A stretch of 64,000 nt of DNA from an uncultured delta proteobacterium. GTDB taxonomy: Bacteria; Desulfobacterota; WTBG01; CAIYCZ01. Under the pieces are notes generated by a model. It had not been told where the DNA came from. It saw only the letters and a program-made list of their open reading frames with translations, and made no database searches. This document shows, piece by piece, positions 13,293 to 22,435 of this stretch. The DNA is taken from contig CAWDOY010000014.1 in NCBI GenBank assembly GCA_963803975.1, positions 128,001 to 192,000 on the forward strand, given 5' to 3'. Made by a program: the position numbers and the translations under genes. Numbering within the stretch: the stretch's first letter is position 1; the number at the start of each line of letters is the position of its first letter.

Positions 13293-14219
13293 ATGGCAGA
13301 TATAAAATGGTCGCCAGACGGCAAACAGATGTTTGAGAAGCTTATGGGCGCTGTACCCGAGGCGATGAGAGAGGCAGTAAAACCGATGCTCCTGGAGAAA
13401 CTTGCCGGCAGGGCTGCCGGTAAAGCGGTTACGCAGGACATCGTTGCCACCATGGTGCAGGAGGATCTGCCGGAGCCTCAGAAAAGCGCACTTATGGAAG
13501 TGCTTGGTCTTAAGAAAAAACCTGCAAAAAAGGAGCCGGCACCAGCTGCCCCTGCAGCGCCTGCCAAAACTGAGTGGCAGGGGAAAAGTGAAGCAATGTT
13601 TGAACGCATGCTTCAGGAAGTTCCTGAAGCATTACGCGGCGTCTTCCGGGGAAAACTGATGCAGGTTCTCCAGCAGAAAGCAAAAGGCGGTCCCGCTGCA
13701 GAGAGCCATGTGACAGAGATCGTCCACGAGATGGTCCCGGAGCCTTTCAAGAGTAATATTCTGAAAGCATTTTCCACCATGGGTGATATTGACATGAATG
13801 TGGTGGAGGAGATTATTAAGAACAATCCTGGCGGACAGGAAACAGTCATCTCCATACTTCATGCCATCCAGGCCAAGTGCGGCTACTTACCGCAGGAAGC
13901 GCTCATACTGGTGAGCCAGAAGAAAGACATATTCCTGAGCAACCTGTATCGACTGGCCACATCCTATAGCGCCTTTCGTATAAAGCCGCTGAAAAAATAT
14001 GCGGTTACCGTGTGCAATGGAACCGGATGTCATGTTAAAGAAGGCGGGCAGATCCTCAAGGAGCTGGAAAAGAAAGTATCAGGAAATGGCTCACAGATAA
14101 CCCTGGAGAAGGTTAGATGTCTTGGCTGCTGTGATATGTCTCCCGCAGTAATGATCAACGGTGAGCTGTATGGCGGTGCTCAGGCACAGGCCAGGATTGC
14201 AGAAATCTTACACGAATAG
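13293..14219 (+). CDS. NuoE/HydC-like [2Fe-2S] subunit with two N-terminal helical repeats
   Basis: AGGAG RBS at 13281; C-terminal CNGTGCHV...CLGCCDMSP; N-terminal W-x5-MFE-x4-VPE repeats. Confidence 0.85.
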   Translation: MADIKWSPDGKQMFEKLMGAVPEAMREAVKPMLLEKLAGRAAGKAVTQDIVATMVQEDLPEPQKSALMEVLGLKKKPAKKEPAPAAPAAPAKTEWQGKSEAMFERMLQEVPEALRGVFRGKLMQVLQQKAKGGPAAESHVTEIVHEMVPEPFKSNILKAFSTMGDIDMNVVEEIIKNNPGGQETVISILHAIQAKCGYLPQEALILVSQKKDIFLSNLYRLATSYSAFRIKPLKKYAVTVCNGTGCHVKEGGQILKELEKKVSGNGSQITLEKVRCLGCCDMSPAVMINGELYGGAQAQARIAEILHE

Positions 14220-14234
14220 AGGAGAGCGAGACCT

Positions 14235-15947
14235 ATGAAAATAAATAGAGCCAGTGACCTTTCTAAAATAAAAAAACAGGGTTTGGATTTGCTCTCTCCG
14301 GCCACGACACGCATCACCGTAGGATCAGCAACCTGTGGCTTGGCAAAGGGAGCGGGAAAAGTTCTGGAAGCACTGAAATATGAAGTAAAAAAACAGAAGA
14401 TACAAGCTGAGGTGGTAGCGGTGGGATGCAACGGCCTCTGCTATGCCGAGCCGATTGTTGAAGTAATCCAGCCGGGCAAGCCGCGCATTACCTATGGACC
14501 GGTCACCGTGGAAAGAGTCGGTGAATTGCTGAAAGCAATCAAAACAGGCAAGGTGGTGCAGGACCTGGCGCTGGCGCGGCACGATGAAGAAGCCTACTGC
14601 CTGAATATCGCTCCGCTTAAATACGCAAAAGGGAAAGTTCCCGCAGCCCTGTCCGGCATCAAAGAATACCGGAAGCAGGATTTTTTCAAAAACCAGTTAA
14701 AGCTGGTGAGTAAAAATGCCGGCACCATCAGCCCGTCGCGCATTGAAGAATATATTGCCCTGGATGGCTATAGGGCTTTGGCAAAAGTGCTCACGGAGAT
14801 GAAGCCGGAGGACGTGATCAAAGAAGTTACGGCTTCAAAGCTCCGGGGCCGGGGCGGCGCAGGGTTCCCGACAGGGCTGAAATGGCAGGCATGCCGCTCT
14901 GCAGCAGGGGATAAAAAATATATTGTGTGTAATGGCAGCGAAGGTGACCCTGAGATCGGGATGCATAGAAGTTTTCTTGAATCCGACCCCCAGGCCATAA
15001 TCGAAGGCATGGCCATAGCAGGCTACGCAGTTGGCGCAGATGCGGGTTACATATACGTCAATGACCGCTATGTTGTCGCGCTGGAACGGCTGGAAGAGGC
15101 TATCAAGCAGGCAGAACAGACCGGTCTTCTGGGCAGCAATATTTTAGGAAGCGGATTTTCCTTCTCGCTTACGGTGAAGCGCGGCGGCGGCGCCTATGTG
15201 TGCGGCGAGGAAACCGCGCTGCTCAATGCGCTTGAAGGCCTGAGCGGAGAACCGCGGCCGCGGCCGCCGTACCCTGCACAGCAGGGTCTTTTCGGCAAGC
15301 CGACGGTAGTCAATAATATTGAGACGCTGGCAAATATTCCCCTCATTGCCCTGCATGGCGGAAAATGGTTTGCAAAGATCGGCACCGCATCCAGCACCGG
15401 AACCAAGATTGTAGCGCTCTCCGGCGCTGTGGCTCAGCCCGGCTGGGTAGAGGTGCCCCTGGGAACGCCGGTCAAGGCCATCATTGAAACCTTTGGCAAG
15501 GGAACCGGAACAGGGAAAAAAGTAAAAGCCTTTCAAACCGGCGGGCCGTCCGGAGGAGTGCTCCCCGCCTCTCTTCTCAATATTAAGCTTGATTATGATC
15601 AGCTCACCAAGGCCGGAAGCCTGCTTGGCTCCGGGGGACTGCTGGTCATGGATGAAGGCACGGACATGCTTGACATGGCGAAGTTTTTAACCGACTTTTT
15701 TGCAGAAGAGACCTGCGGCAAATGCAGCACCTGCCGGGAAGGCGTTAAACGGCTTCAGGAAATCATTGACAGCATTATGCAGGGATACGGCACCAAGGAG
15801 CACCTCAATCTGGTAAAACGCATGGCTGCTGCAATGTCAGACACTGCGGCATGTGCTTTGGGTAAAACAGCGGCCGTTCCTTTTCTTTCCGTACTCAAAC
15901 ATTTCCCCAAGGAAGTGGAAGGTAAGCTGCTCAGAAAGGGCGCTTAA
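14235..15947 (+). CDS. NuoF/HydB-like FMN/NAD(P)H-binding subunit
   Basis: GRGGAGFPTGLKW, GAYVCGEETAL, CGKCSTCREG..CALG; N-terminal thioredoxin-like domain (TCG..GCNGLCYAEP). Confidence 0.9.
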   Translation: MKINRASDLSKIKKQGLDLLSPATTRITVGSATCGLAKGAGKVLEALKYEVKKQKIQAEVVAVGCNGLCYAEPIVEVIQPGKPRITYGPVTVERVGELLKAIKTGKVVQDLALARHDEEAYCLNIAPLKYAKGKVPAALSGIKEYRKQDFFKNQLKLVSKNAGTISPSRIEEYIALDGYRALAKVLTEMKPEDVIKEVTASKLRGRGGAGFPTGLKWQACRSAAGDKKYIVCNGSEGDPEIGMHRSFLESDPQAIIEGMAIAGYAVGADAGYIYVNDRYVVALERLEEAIKQAEQTGLLGSNILGSGFSFSLTVKRGGGAYVCGEETALLNALEGLSGEPRPRPPYPAQQGLFGKPTVVNNIETLANIPLIALHGGKWFAKIGTASSTGTKIVALSGAVAQPGWVEVPLGTPVKAIIETFGKGTGTGKKVKAFQTGGPSGGVLPASLLNIKLDYDQLTKAGSLLGSGGLLVMDEGTDMLDMAKFLTDFFAEETCGKCSTCREGVKRLQEIIDSIMQGYGTKEHLNLVKRMAAAMSDTAACALGKTAAVPFLSVLKHFPKEVEGKLLRKGA

Positions 15948-15995
15948 TTAACAGGACAGAACATACGTAACTGCTATTCTTTAATTATATAGGGG

Positions 15996-16943
15996 ATGAA
16001 ACCTATGGCGACACTTAAAATTAATGGAAAAAAAATTACCGCACCCGATGGTGCAACGATTCTTGAAGCGGCGCGCGAGCACGATATCAAGATTCCCACG
16101 CTATGCTCAAACGAAGCCCTGAAGCCGTACGGCGCCTGCCGCCTGTGCATTGTGGAAGTCACTAAAAACGGCAGGACCACCATTGAAACATCATGCACCT
16201 ACCCCGCCGAAGACGGGCTGGATGTAAAGACTGAATCGCCGCGGGTAGCTGAAGGCAGAAAGCTGGTTATTGAGCTGTATCTTGCCCGCTGCCCCAATGT
16301 TAAGATCATCCGCCAGATGGCAGAGGAGTACGGGATTAAGGAAAGCGCCCCGCAGATGGGTAAAGACAATGACTACTGCATTCTCTGCGGACTCTGCGTG
16401 CGCGCCTGCAACGAAGTGGTCAAGGCCGGGGCCATACAGTTTGCCGGAAGCGGCATCAATAAAATCGTTGATTCGCCCTTTCATAAAACCGCCGAAGACT
16501 GTGTTGCCTGCGGCTCGTGCGCATTTATCTGCCCCACCGGGATAATTAAAAAGAACGATCTGCCGTCCACATCGCAATGCACTCCCGAGGGCTGCACGCA
16601 AACCGGAGCGCAGCGGGAAATTTTAAACTGGCAGGTTGAGCATAAGCTGAAAGTGTGCACCAAATGCGGCAACCCTTATTCCCCGGAACCCCATCTGACA
16701 AAGATCACCCGGCAATATTATTTCCTGCCGGAATTTTTCAACATCTGCCCGTCATGCCGCCAGTATCCGGTGGTTGACGAGGAAAAGTGTCTGGGCTGCG
16801 GCGGATGCATGGAAAACTGCCCCATTGGAGCGCTTGAGCTTGAAGACAAGGGCGGTTATGACAAAAAAGCCCATGTCTTTACTGAGAACTGCACGGCCTG
16901 TCATACCTGTGAAGATTACTGCCCGATGAAAGCAATTAGCTAA
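15996..16943 (+). CDS. NuoG-N-terminus-like multi-Fe-S protein without a catalytic domain
   Basis: IPTLC..YGACRLC..SC [2Fe-2S], CILCGLCVRAC, CVACGSCAFICP, CxxC pair and C-terminal 2x[4Fe-4S] domain. Confidence 0.85.
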   Translation: MKPMATLKINGKKITAPDGATILEAAREHDIKIPTLCSNEALKPYGACRLCIVEVTKNGRTTIETSCTYPAEDGLDVKTESPRVAEGRKLVIELYLARCPNVKIIRQMAEEYGIKESAPQMGKDNDYCILCGLCVRACNEVVKAGAIQFAGSGINKIVDSPFHKTAEDCVACGSCAFICPTGIIKKNDLPSTSQCTPEGCTQTGAQREILNWQVEHKLKVCTKCGNPYSPEPHLTKITRQYYFLPEFFNICPSCRQYPVVDEEKCLGCGGCMENCPIGALELEDKGGYDKKAHVFTENCTACHTCEDYCPMKAIS

Positions 16944-16977
16944 ACGGTATTTAATATAGAGATAAGGAGGAGTCATA

Positions 16978-18267
16978 ATGGTTTATGATCTCGCAATAGT
17001 TGGAGCAGGCCCCGGCGGACTGCACGCGGCCAAATGGGCTAACAAAAAGGGGCTGAAAGTCGCAGTCATAGAGAAGCGCAAAGATATTTCTAAAATTACC
17101 CGATACTGCAGCGAACATATCATTCTGGATGAAGACTACAATGGAGATACCATTAAAGTTGACACTGCCGCGGGAAAAATAATCTCAACCAAGAACGGCT
17201 GGGAAGTTAACTACCGGGGAGAATTATGTCCGGTCACGGATAAATACTATTCTTCTCCCAAGCTGTACCACTGCCATTTTGCCTGGCCGGATAAGCGGCC
17301 TTTTGCCTATAAATACGGCAAGGGAACGCTCCTGAAGGGACTGCTCGAAGAGTGCCTTGCCTTAGGGGTTACCTATATTACTGAAACAACGGCCTATGAT
17401 GCCACGGACAGCCCCGCAGGGGTTGAGCTCAAATGCGTGAGCAAGGGAAAGAAATTTAAGATCCAGGCTAAGAAACTTATCGCTGCTGATGGCGCAAGCG
17501 CCCAACTGGCGCAGAAACTGGGAAGAAATAATGAGCGAGCCTATCTCGGGTTTGCCTTGGTCCTAGCGGTATATATGTCCAATGTAAAAAACTACAGCAC
17601 TTCCGAATGGAGGGGCTGGTGGGGGCGCTGCTATGGCACAAACCTGGCGCCGCTCATGGGTACCGGGCCTGAAGGTCATTTTGACTGGGCCGACATGATT
17701 ATTCTTGGCAGCCCCAAAGAGCCACCCGAAAAGACCTTTGAATTTTTTACCAAAGAGGGGCCCATGGCATTCATGTTTGAAAATGCCAAGATAGAGGCCA
17801 AACACTGCTGCTCTACCAAAGCATATACGCCGCTAAAACAACCGGCCAAGGGAAACTGCATTATGATTGGTGATGCCGCGGCGTTTGTCGAAACCCAGGC
17901 CCAGGGAGCTCTGAGCTGCGGCTTCAGGGCAGCTGAAGCCGTGGCGAAAGAACTTGAGGGCAAAAACGGCTTTGAAGAATATAACCAGTGGTGGCTCAAA
18001 TCGTTTGAATTTAACGACGAAGGGATGATGCAGGTAACAACCGGGTACGCGCTCATTCCTACCTATACGGACGACGAGATTGATTATCTGTTCTCCCTGT
18101 GTCATGGTCATACCATGGAGGGGAGCTGGAGCCAGTACAAGTCCCCCAAGATGATGTGGAACCTTATTCTGAAAGACCCGGAAAAGATTAAGCGGGAGCG
18201 GCCGGAAGTATGGGCAAAGATTCAGACCCGCGGCACCCAGACGCTTTCCGACAGCATCAACAAATGA
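16978..18267 (+). CDS. FAD-dependent oxidoreductase, geranylgeranyl reductase/FixC family
   Basis: YDLAIVGAGPGG, LIAADG, MIGDAA motifs; AAGGAGGAG RBS. Confidence 0.8.
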   Translation: MVYDLAIVGAGPGGLHAAKWANKKGLKVAVIEKRKDISKITRYCSEHIILDEDYNGDTIKVDTAAGKIISTKNGWEVNYRGELCPVTDKYYSSPKLYHCHFAWPDKRPFAYKYGKGTLLKGLLEECLALGVTYITETTAYDATDSPAGVELKCVSKGKKFKIQAKKLIAADGASAQLAQKLGRNNERAYLGFALVLAVYMSNVKNYSTSEWRGWWGRCYGTNLAPLMGTGPEGHFDWADMIILGSPKEPPEKTFEFFTKEGPMAFMFENAKIEAKHCCSTKAYTPLKQPAKGNCIMIGDAAAFVETQAQGALSCGFRAAEAVAKELEGKNGFEEYNQWWLKSFEFNDEGMMQVTTGYALIPTYTDDEIDYLFSLCHGHTMEGSWSQYKSPKMMWNLILKDPEKIKRERPEVWAKIQTRGTQTLSDSINK

Positions 18268-18300
18268 TGTAACCGGCTTTCAAAAAATACGATTGCCCCA

Positions 18301-18334
18301 AAGGGGGTGGGTTTTAAAAACCACCCCCTTTTTT
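18301..18334 (+). terminator. Rho-independent terminator ending the redox operon
   Basis: AAGGGGGTGG-gttttaaaaa-CCACCCCCTT followed by a T-run. Confidence 0.8.
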
Positions 18335-18343
18335 CATTTTATT

Positions 18344-19603
18344 ATGGGATTGCAAAGGTTTTTTATTATTGCAGGCTTTGCTCTGTTTTTTATTGCCGTG
18401 CAGCTGGTAACCCTTTATGGCTGCTACAACACCTTCCGCTCCTTTAAGAATAAAAAAACCCTGATAGCGGCCCTTGTCTATATCCTGTTTTTAAATCTCT
18501 CCTACCTGTTTCTTTTTTACCGCTATCCGCTTCCGGCCGAGCTTAAAACGACCATTAACTATATCCTTATCTACCCCTACTTTATCTACATGCTGCTGTG
18601 CCTGGTGCTGTTCCCGTGGTTTGTGCTGAACGGGCTCTTTGTCTCCATTAAGAAGCTGTGGGCGGAGGTTGCGGCGCTGATTGGTTATGATGATACAAAG
18701 ACAAAACGAACCGTGTCGGAAGGCCGAAGGGACTTTTTAAAAGTAGCGACATCGGCGTTGCTGCTGCCGGTTGGCGGCTGCTCACTCTATGGCACATATA
18801 TCGGGAGGAATAGAATAACCATAGAGGAGAAGACCATTTCCTTCTCTGATTTTCCTGCAGCACTGGATGGCTTGAGCATTGTGCAGATAAGTGATCTTCA
18901 TGCAGGGGTTTTCATGGAGGGATGGGAGCTGGAACCCTACATAGAGATGGTAAATGATTTAAAGCCGGACATTGTTGTCATTACCGGCGACATCATCAGC
19001 TGGGGGGCGCATTACATAGAACCTGCGGTTGCTGCCCTGGGGAAAATAAAATGTAATCATGGTGTTTATGCGATAATGGGCAACCATGATTTTTACGGAG
19101 ATATCGATGCGCTCTGTGAGAGCCTTGAGAAATCGGGCATCACCGTATTGCGCAACAAATGGAAAAAACTAGATTTCTTCAGCGAAGCCGCCCCGCTCTA
19201 TCTCATCGGGGTTGATGATGTCTGGGCAACCAGATATTTCAAAAAAAGGAATATCTCCTTACGGGATATTGTTTCAGGGATTCCGGAAAGAAGCTTTAAA
19301 CTGCTGCTCTCGCATAACCCTATCCTCTTTGATGAGGCTGCCGCACACGGGATACACCTCACCCTTTCAGGCCACACCCATGCAGGACAGATTATTCTTC
19401 CGTTTCCACAAGAACACGGCTATTCCTTTGCCCGGCTTATTTATAAGAGAGATTACGGCCTTTATCGCAACGGTGATTCATTTCTGTACATCAACCGGGG
19501 ACTCGGTGTCATCGGCCCGCCCCTGCGCATCAACTGCCCGCGGGAAATTACCCGGATTGTTTTAAAAAGCAGCCCGCGCGAAAAAGGCAGCACTAACGGA
19601 TGA
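18344..19603 (+). CDS. Membrane-anchored calcineurin-like metallophosphoesterase (YkuE/YaeI-like)
   Basis: N-terminal TM helices; SDLH, TGD, GNHD, SHNP and SGHTHAGQ motifs. Confidence 0.9.
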   Translation: MGLQRFFIIAGFALFFIAVQLVTLYGCYNTFRSFKNKKTLIAALVYILFLNLSYLFLFYRYPLPAELKTTINYILIYPYFIYMLLCLVLFPWFVLNGLFVSIKKLWAEVAALIGYDDTKTKRTVSEGRRDFLKVATSALLLPVGGCSLYGTYIGRNRITIEEKTISFSDFPAALDGLSIVQISDLHAGVFMEGWELEPYIEMVNDLKPDIVVITGDIISWGAHYIEPAVAALGKIKCNHGVYAIMGNHDFYGDIDALCESLEKSGITVLRNKWKKLDFFSEAAPLYLIGVDDVWATRYFKKRNISLRDIVSGIPERSFKLLLSHNPILFDEAAAHGIHLTLSGHTHAGQIILPFPQEHGYSFARLIYKRDYGLYRNGDSFLYINRGLGVIGPPLRINCPREITRIVLKSSPREKGSTNG

Positions 19604-19639
19604 GCTCTTATTGATTTGATCGCTGTAGGGGGATGACGC

Positions 19640-20131
19640 TTAAAACCCGGAACCGCAGTAAATAAATCGTTCCGGAGTTGGGGGGGTGCCATCTTTGGTG
19701 AAAATGAATGTCCTTGTTCCACTGCCTGCCACTAAGCGGTTCCTGAACCCCATGGGCCGGACCCTGAAGTCATACTGAATTTCAATGTCCTCCTGGAAGT
19801 CCGGGTCAAAAAATTTGCCGGTCGTTCCCTGGGCATGAAGCAGAAAAAAGTTTTCCTGATGATATGTTCCCGTAGCGGGCTGTATAAAAAGGTCTGACCT
19901 GATAGAAAAGGTGTTATCGCTTAACAGGGTAAGGTCAATTACTTCGGGAAGAAAAAAGACGGTTCCCAGTAAAAAGGCGATATATTCTCTATCTAATACT
20001 GGCGGGGCGACCTGCACCGCAGATGCAGGATAGGCATTATGGTGAGGAAGTATTATTATAAAAAAGACTGCTGTGCAGAGGGTAAGACAAAAGCGCCTTT
20101 TGGTAACCGTAATATGAGCCATTCTGAACAC
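19640..20131 (-). CDS. Hypothetical secreted protein
   Basis: Signal-peptide-like N-terminus; no family recognised; start uncertain. Confidence 0.55.
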   Translation of the reverse strand: MFRMAHITVTKRRFCLTLCTAVFFIIILPHHNAYPASAVQVAPPVLDREYIAFLLGTVFFLPEVIDLTLLSDNTFSIRSDLFIQPATGTYHQENFFLLHAQGTTGKFFDPDFQEDIEIQYDFRVRPMGFRNRLVAGSGTRTFIFTKDGTPPTPERFIYCGSGF

Positions 20132-20212
20132 CAGAAAATAAATTTAAATTAATTACATGCTGAAAGCATTTACGGTGTAGCATAGTGCAACCATTGTATG
20201 CAACGCGAAGCA

Positions 20213-20671
20213 TTACTTTACCGCCTTGATGGCAAGGGTGGTTCCTTCTGCTGACCACCGCCCTGCATTACCGACACTGTCAAAATAAATCCCGTAGCCT
20301 TTAAGTACAACCGTCCCCTCCCCGTTCACCCGTGCACCAATATTTGCTCCGGCAAAACTTATCTCCAGGTCTTCACCATCAATCAGGGTTTTACCGTTTA
20401 TATGGGTATAGACAACACCGGCATTTTGCCTGATATACTGCTCTGGTTCGTCTTTCGGGAAAAGATTTTCCGGGAGCGTTACCGATGCATTTTTATTGAC
20501 GACCAGTGACCCCTCTCCGGTTATTGAAAGTGGCCCAGTGCCTATAAAGGTAATCACGCCGTTACCCTTGGCTATTAAAATATCGCCATCCTCACAATTA
20601 CCGGTCTGCCCGTTTATGAGCCAGCAGGCGGCAATAAAGGCCAGCATGATCAGTATATATTTTCTTTTCAT
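20213..20671 (-). CDS. Hypothetical secreted Gly-rich, beta-strand-rich protein
   Basis: AAGGAG RBS; MKRKYILIMLAFIAAC signal peptide. Confidence 0.7.
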   Translation of the reverse strand: MKRKYILIMLAFIAACWLINGQTGNCEDGDILIAKGNGVITFIGTGPLSITGEGSLVVNKNASVTLPENLFPKDEPEQYIRQNAGVVYTHINGKTLIDGEDLEISFAGANIGARVNGEGTVVLKGYGIYFDSVGNAGRWSAEGTTLAIKAVK

Positions 20672-20874
20672 AGTACTTCTCCTTAGTCCCGGATTATGTA
20701 TGCGCTGTAAAAGTATGACACAGCCTTTCCCTTATTTAAACCCTTTAAAACACAGAAAGTTTTCATCTTTTACGGGTATATACATTATATAACAAAAAAC
20801 GTATAAAGTAAAGATTGATAGCAGTGTCAACGAAGAGAGATTTTCGGTTTTCCGGCAAATTTTCAACTATACCA

Positions 20875-21072
20875 TTACACAATCCAGCGAATTGAGATTC
20901 CGGGAGAGAGCTTTCAAAGTTCTGAATTACCAGTAACCAGAGGCTCTTTTAACTGTGAGGAAAGTGCCGCAGCACAGCAGTCAGCATACGCAATTTTGTA
21001 TTGTGCCTTCAGCTTTGCCGCATGGTACGTTAATTCCTTGTCAGCATTTACAAGATTAACAGGATACCGAGA
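20875..21072 (-). pseudogene. VapC/PIN toxin C-terminal fragment with an internal stop
   Basis: Manual translation VNLVNADKELTYHAAKLKAQYKIAYADCCAAALSSQLKEPLVTGNSEL*KLSPGISIRWIV*. Confidence 0.75.
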
Positions 21073-21099
21073 AGGTCATGTCCGGTCTAACCGATTGTT

Positions 21100-21801
21100 T
21101 CACTCCAGCGGCAGCTCGATCTGCCCGCTTATGGTCACTGATACCATGCTCTCGCCTGCCTCGATGGGGGCCGGGGCTGCTTCTGCCGCATCCATGCGTG
21201 CCGAGCGCATCATCATCGGCATTACCGGGGGCTGGCCCGCGTTGCCTATATTCATTTGTCGGATGCAATAGGATTTTTTCAGAGCACCGGCGATAAGGCT
21301 GGCCTTTGCCTGAAAGGCGGCAATGGCCTCAAGCATGGCCTCTTCTTCGGCTTTTTTCCGCGTCTCGGGTGAGGGCTGCAAAACAAGCTGGCTGACGGCG
21401 AGCGTTTCCTGCAACCTGCCCAGAAGCTCGGAGAGCGCGGTCATGTCGCGCGACTCAAGCCGAAGCTCAGAGCGCATGCGCCACCCGCTGATGCGGCCTT
21501 CTTTACCGTAGGTGGGGTAGGTGTGGGTGCCGCTGCTTTGAGTTTTTACTTTGCTAAACGCCTTGGCGGTCTGCAGCGCCGTTTCAATGGTGCTGTTCAC
21601 CTGTTTGGCAAGTTCAGCCGGGTTCGTGCCGCTTACCTCAGCATAGACCGTGGTGCGGGCCATGTCATTGGGCGCGGACCGGGAAGCCTCGGCCGAGAGG
21701 TCGATCAGCGTGCCTTTGGGTTTGGCGTCCTCAGCAGCAAGGCCCGTGGAAGCAATAACGCAGACAATGATTGCCATGAATAGCATTAGATATTTGTTCA
21801 T
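21100..21801 (-). CDS. SIMPL (DUF541) domain periplasmic protein
   Basis: Signal peptide MNKYLMLF..; SAEASRSAPNDMA; C-terminal IEAGESMVSVTISGQIEL. Confidence 0.85.
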   Translation of the reverse strand: MNKYLMLFMAIIVCVIASTGLAAEDAKPKGTLIDLSAEASRSAPNDMARTTVYAEVSGTNPAELAKQVNSTIETALQTAKAFSKVKTQSSGTHTYPTYGKEGRISGWRMRSELRLESRDMTALSELLGRLQETLAVSQLVLQPSPETRKKAEEEAMLEAIAAFQAKASLIAGALKKSYCIRQMNIGNAGQPPVMPMMMRSARMDAAEAAPAPIEAGESMVSVTISGQIELPLE

Positions 21802-21865
21802 ACAACGGCTCCCTTTGATGTGAGGCTGAAAAAACCAGTGAATCTCTGGTGTGCTATAGAAACAT

Positions 21866-22050
21866 CTATCCTGGTATTCGTGATGGTTTTTTGTTTTCTG
21901 CAAGAGTGGAATAATGTTTGCCCATACGGCTCACCTCAGACTGCACTGCTTCAAGTAAGGATTCCGGCCCGATAACTTCTGCCTTCGCGCCCCAGCTCAT
22001 AACCCATGACACCAGCTCCACTGCCTGGATAGCTGATCACCCCTGGCCAT
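21866..22050 (-). pseudogene. Internally deleted WYL-domain transcriptional regulator
   Basis: AGGGGG RBS plus ATG MARGDQLSRQW, joined out of frame to VELVSWVMSWGAKAEVIGPESLLEAVQSEV (WCX-like C-terminus). Confidence 0.7.
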
Positions 22051-22435
22051 CAAGCCCCCTGTTTTGGAATGTAACCGCAGAAATCGCTGTGGAATACTTC
22101 CTTTCTCTGTGACCCTTGTGGTTTTGCTATTACAGGATTAAAAAGATTAAAGAAGTAAAAAGTTTATAGCAATATTTACTCTCAATTGACAACAGAATTC
22201 TTGGGGCCGGGCCGCTTAAAAAACCTAAAAATAATTTTTTCACTGTGACCGTATCTGTCAAACTGCCGGATTATTCTGAACCGCAGAGAAGGAAATTCAG
22301 GAGTTAGAGAGTAAATGAGTTGAGGAGTCTGAAGGTAGTTAATTGAGAAAGAACACCGGAACTATCTGACTCCACAACTCTCCAACGCATAGATATCTGT
22401 GGTTAAACAATTATTATAACCAAGAGGAAGTGAAG

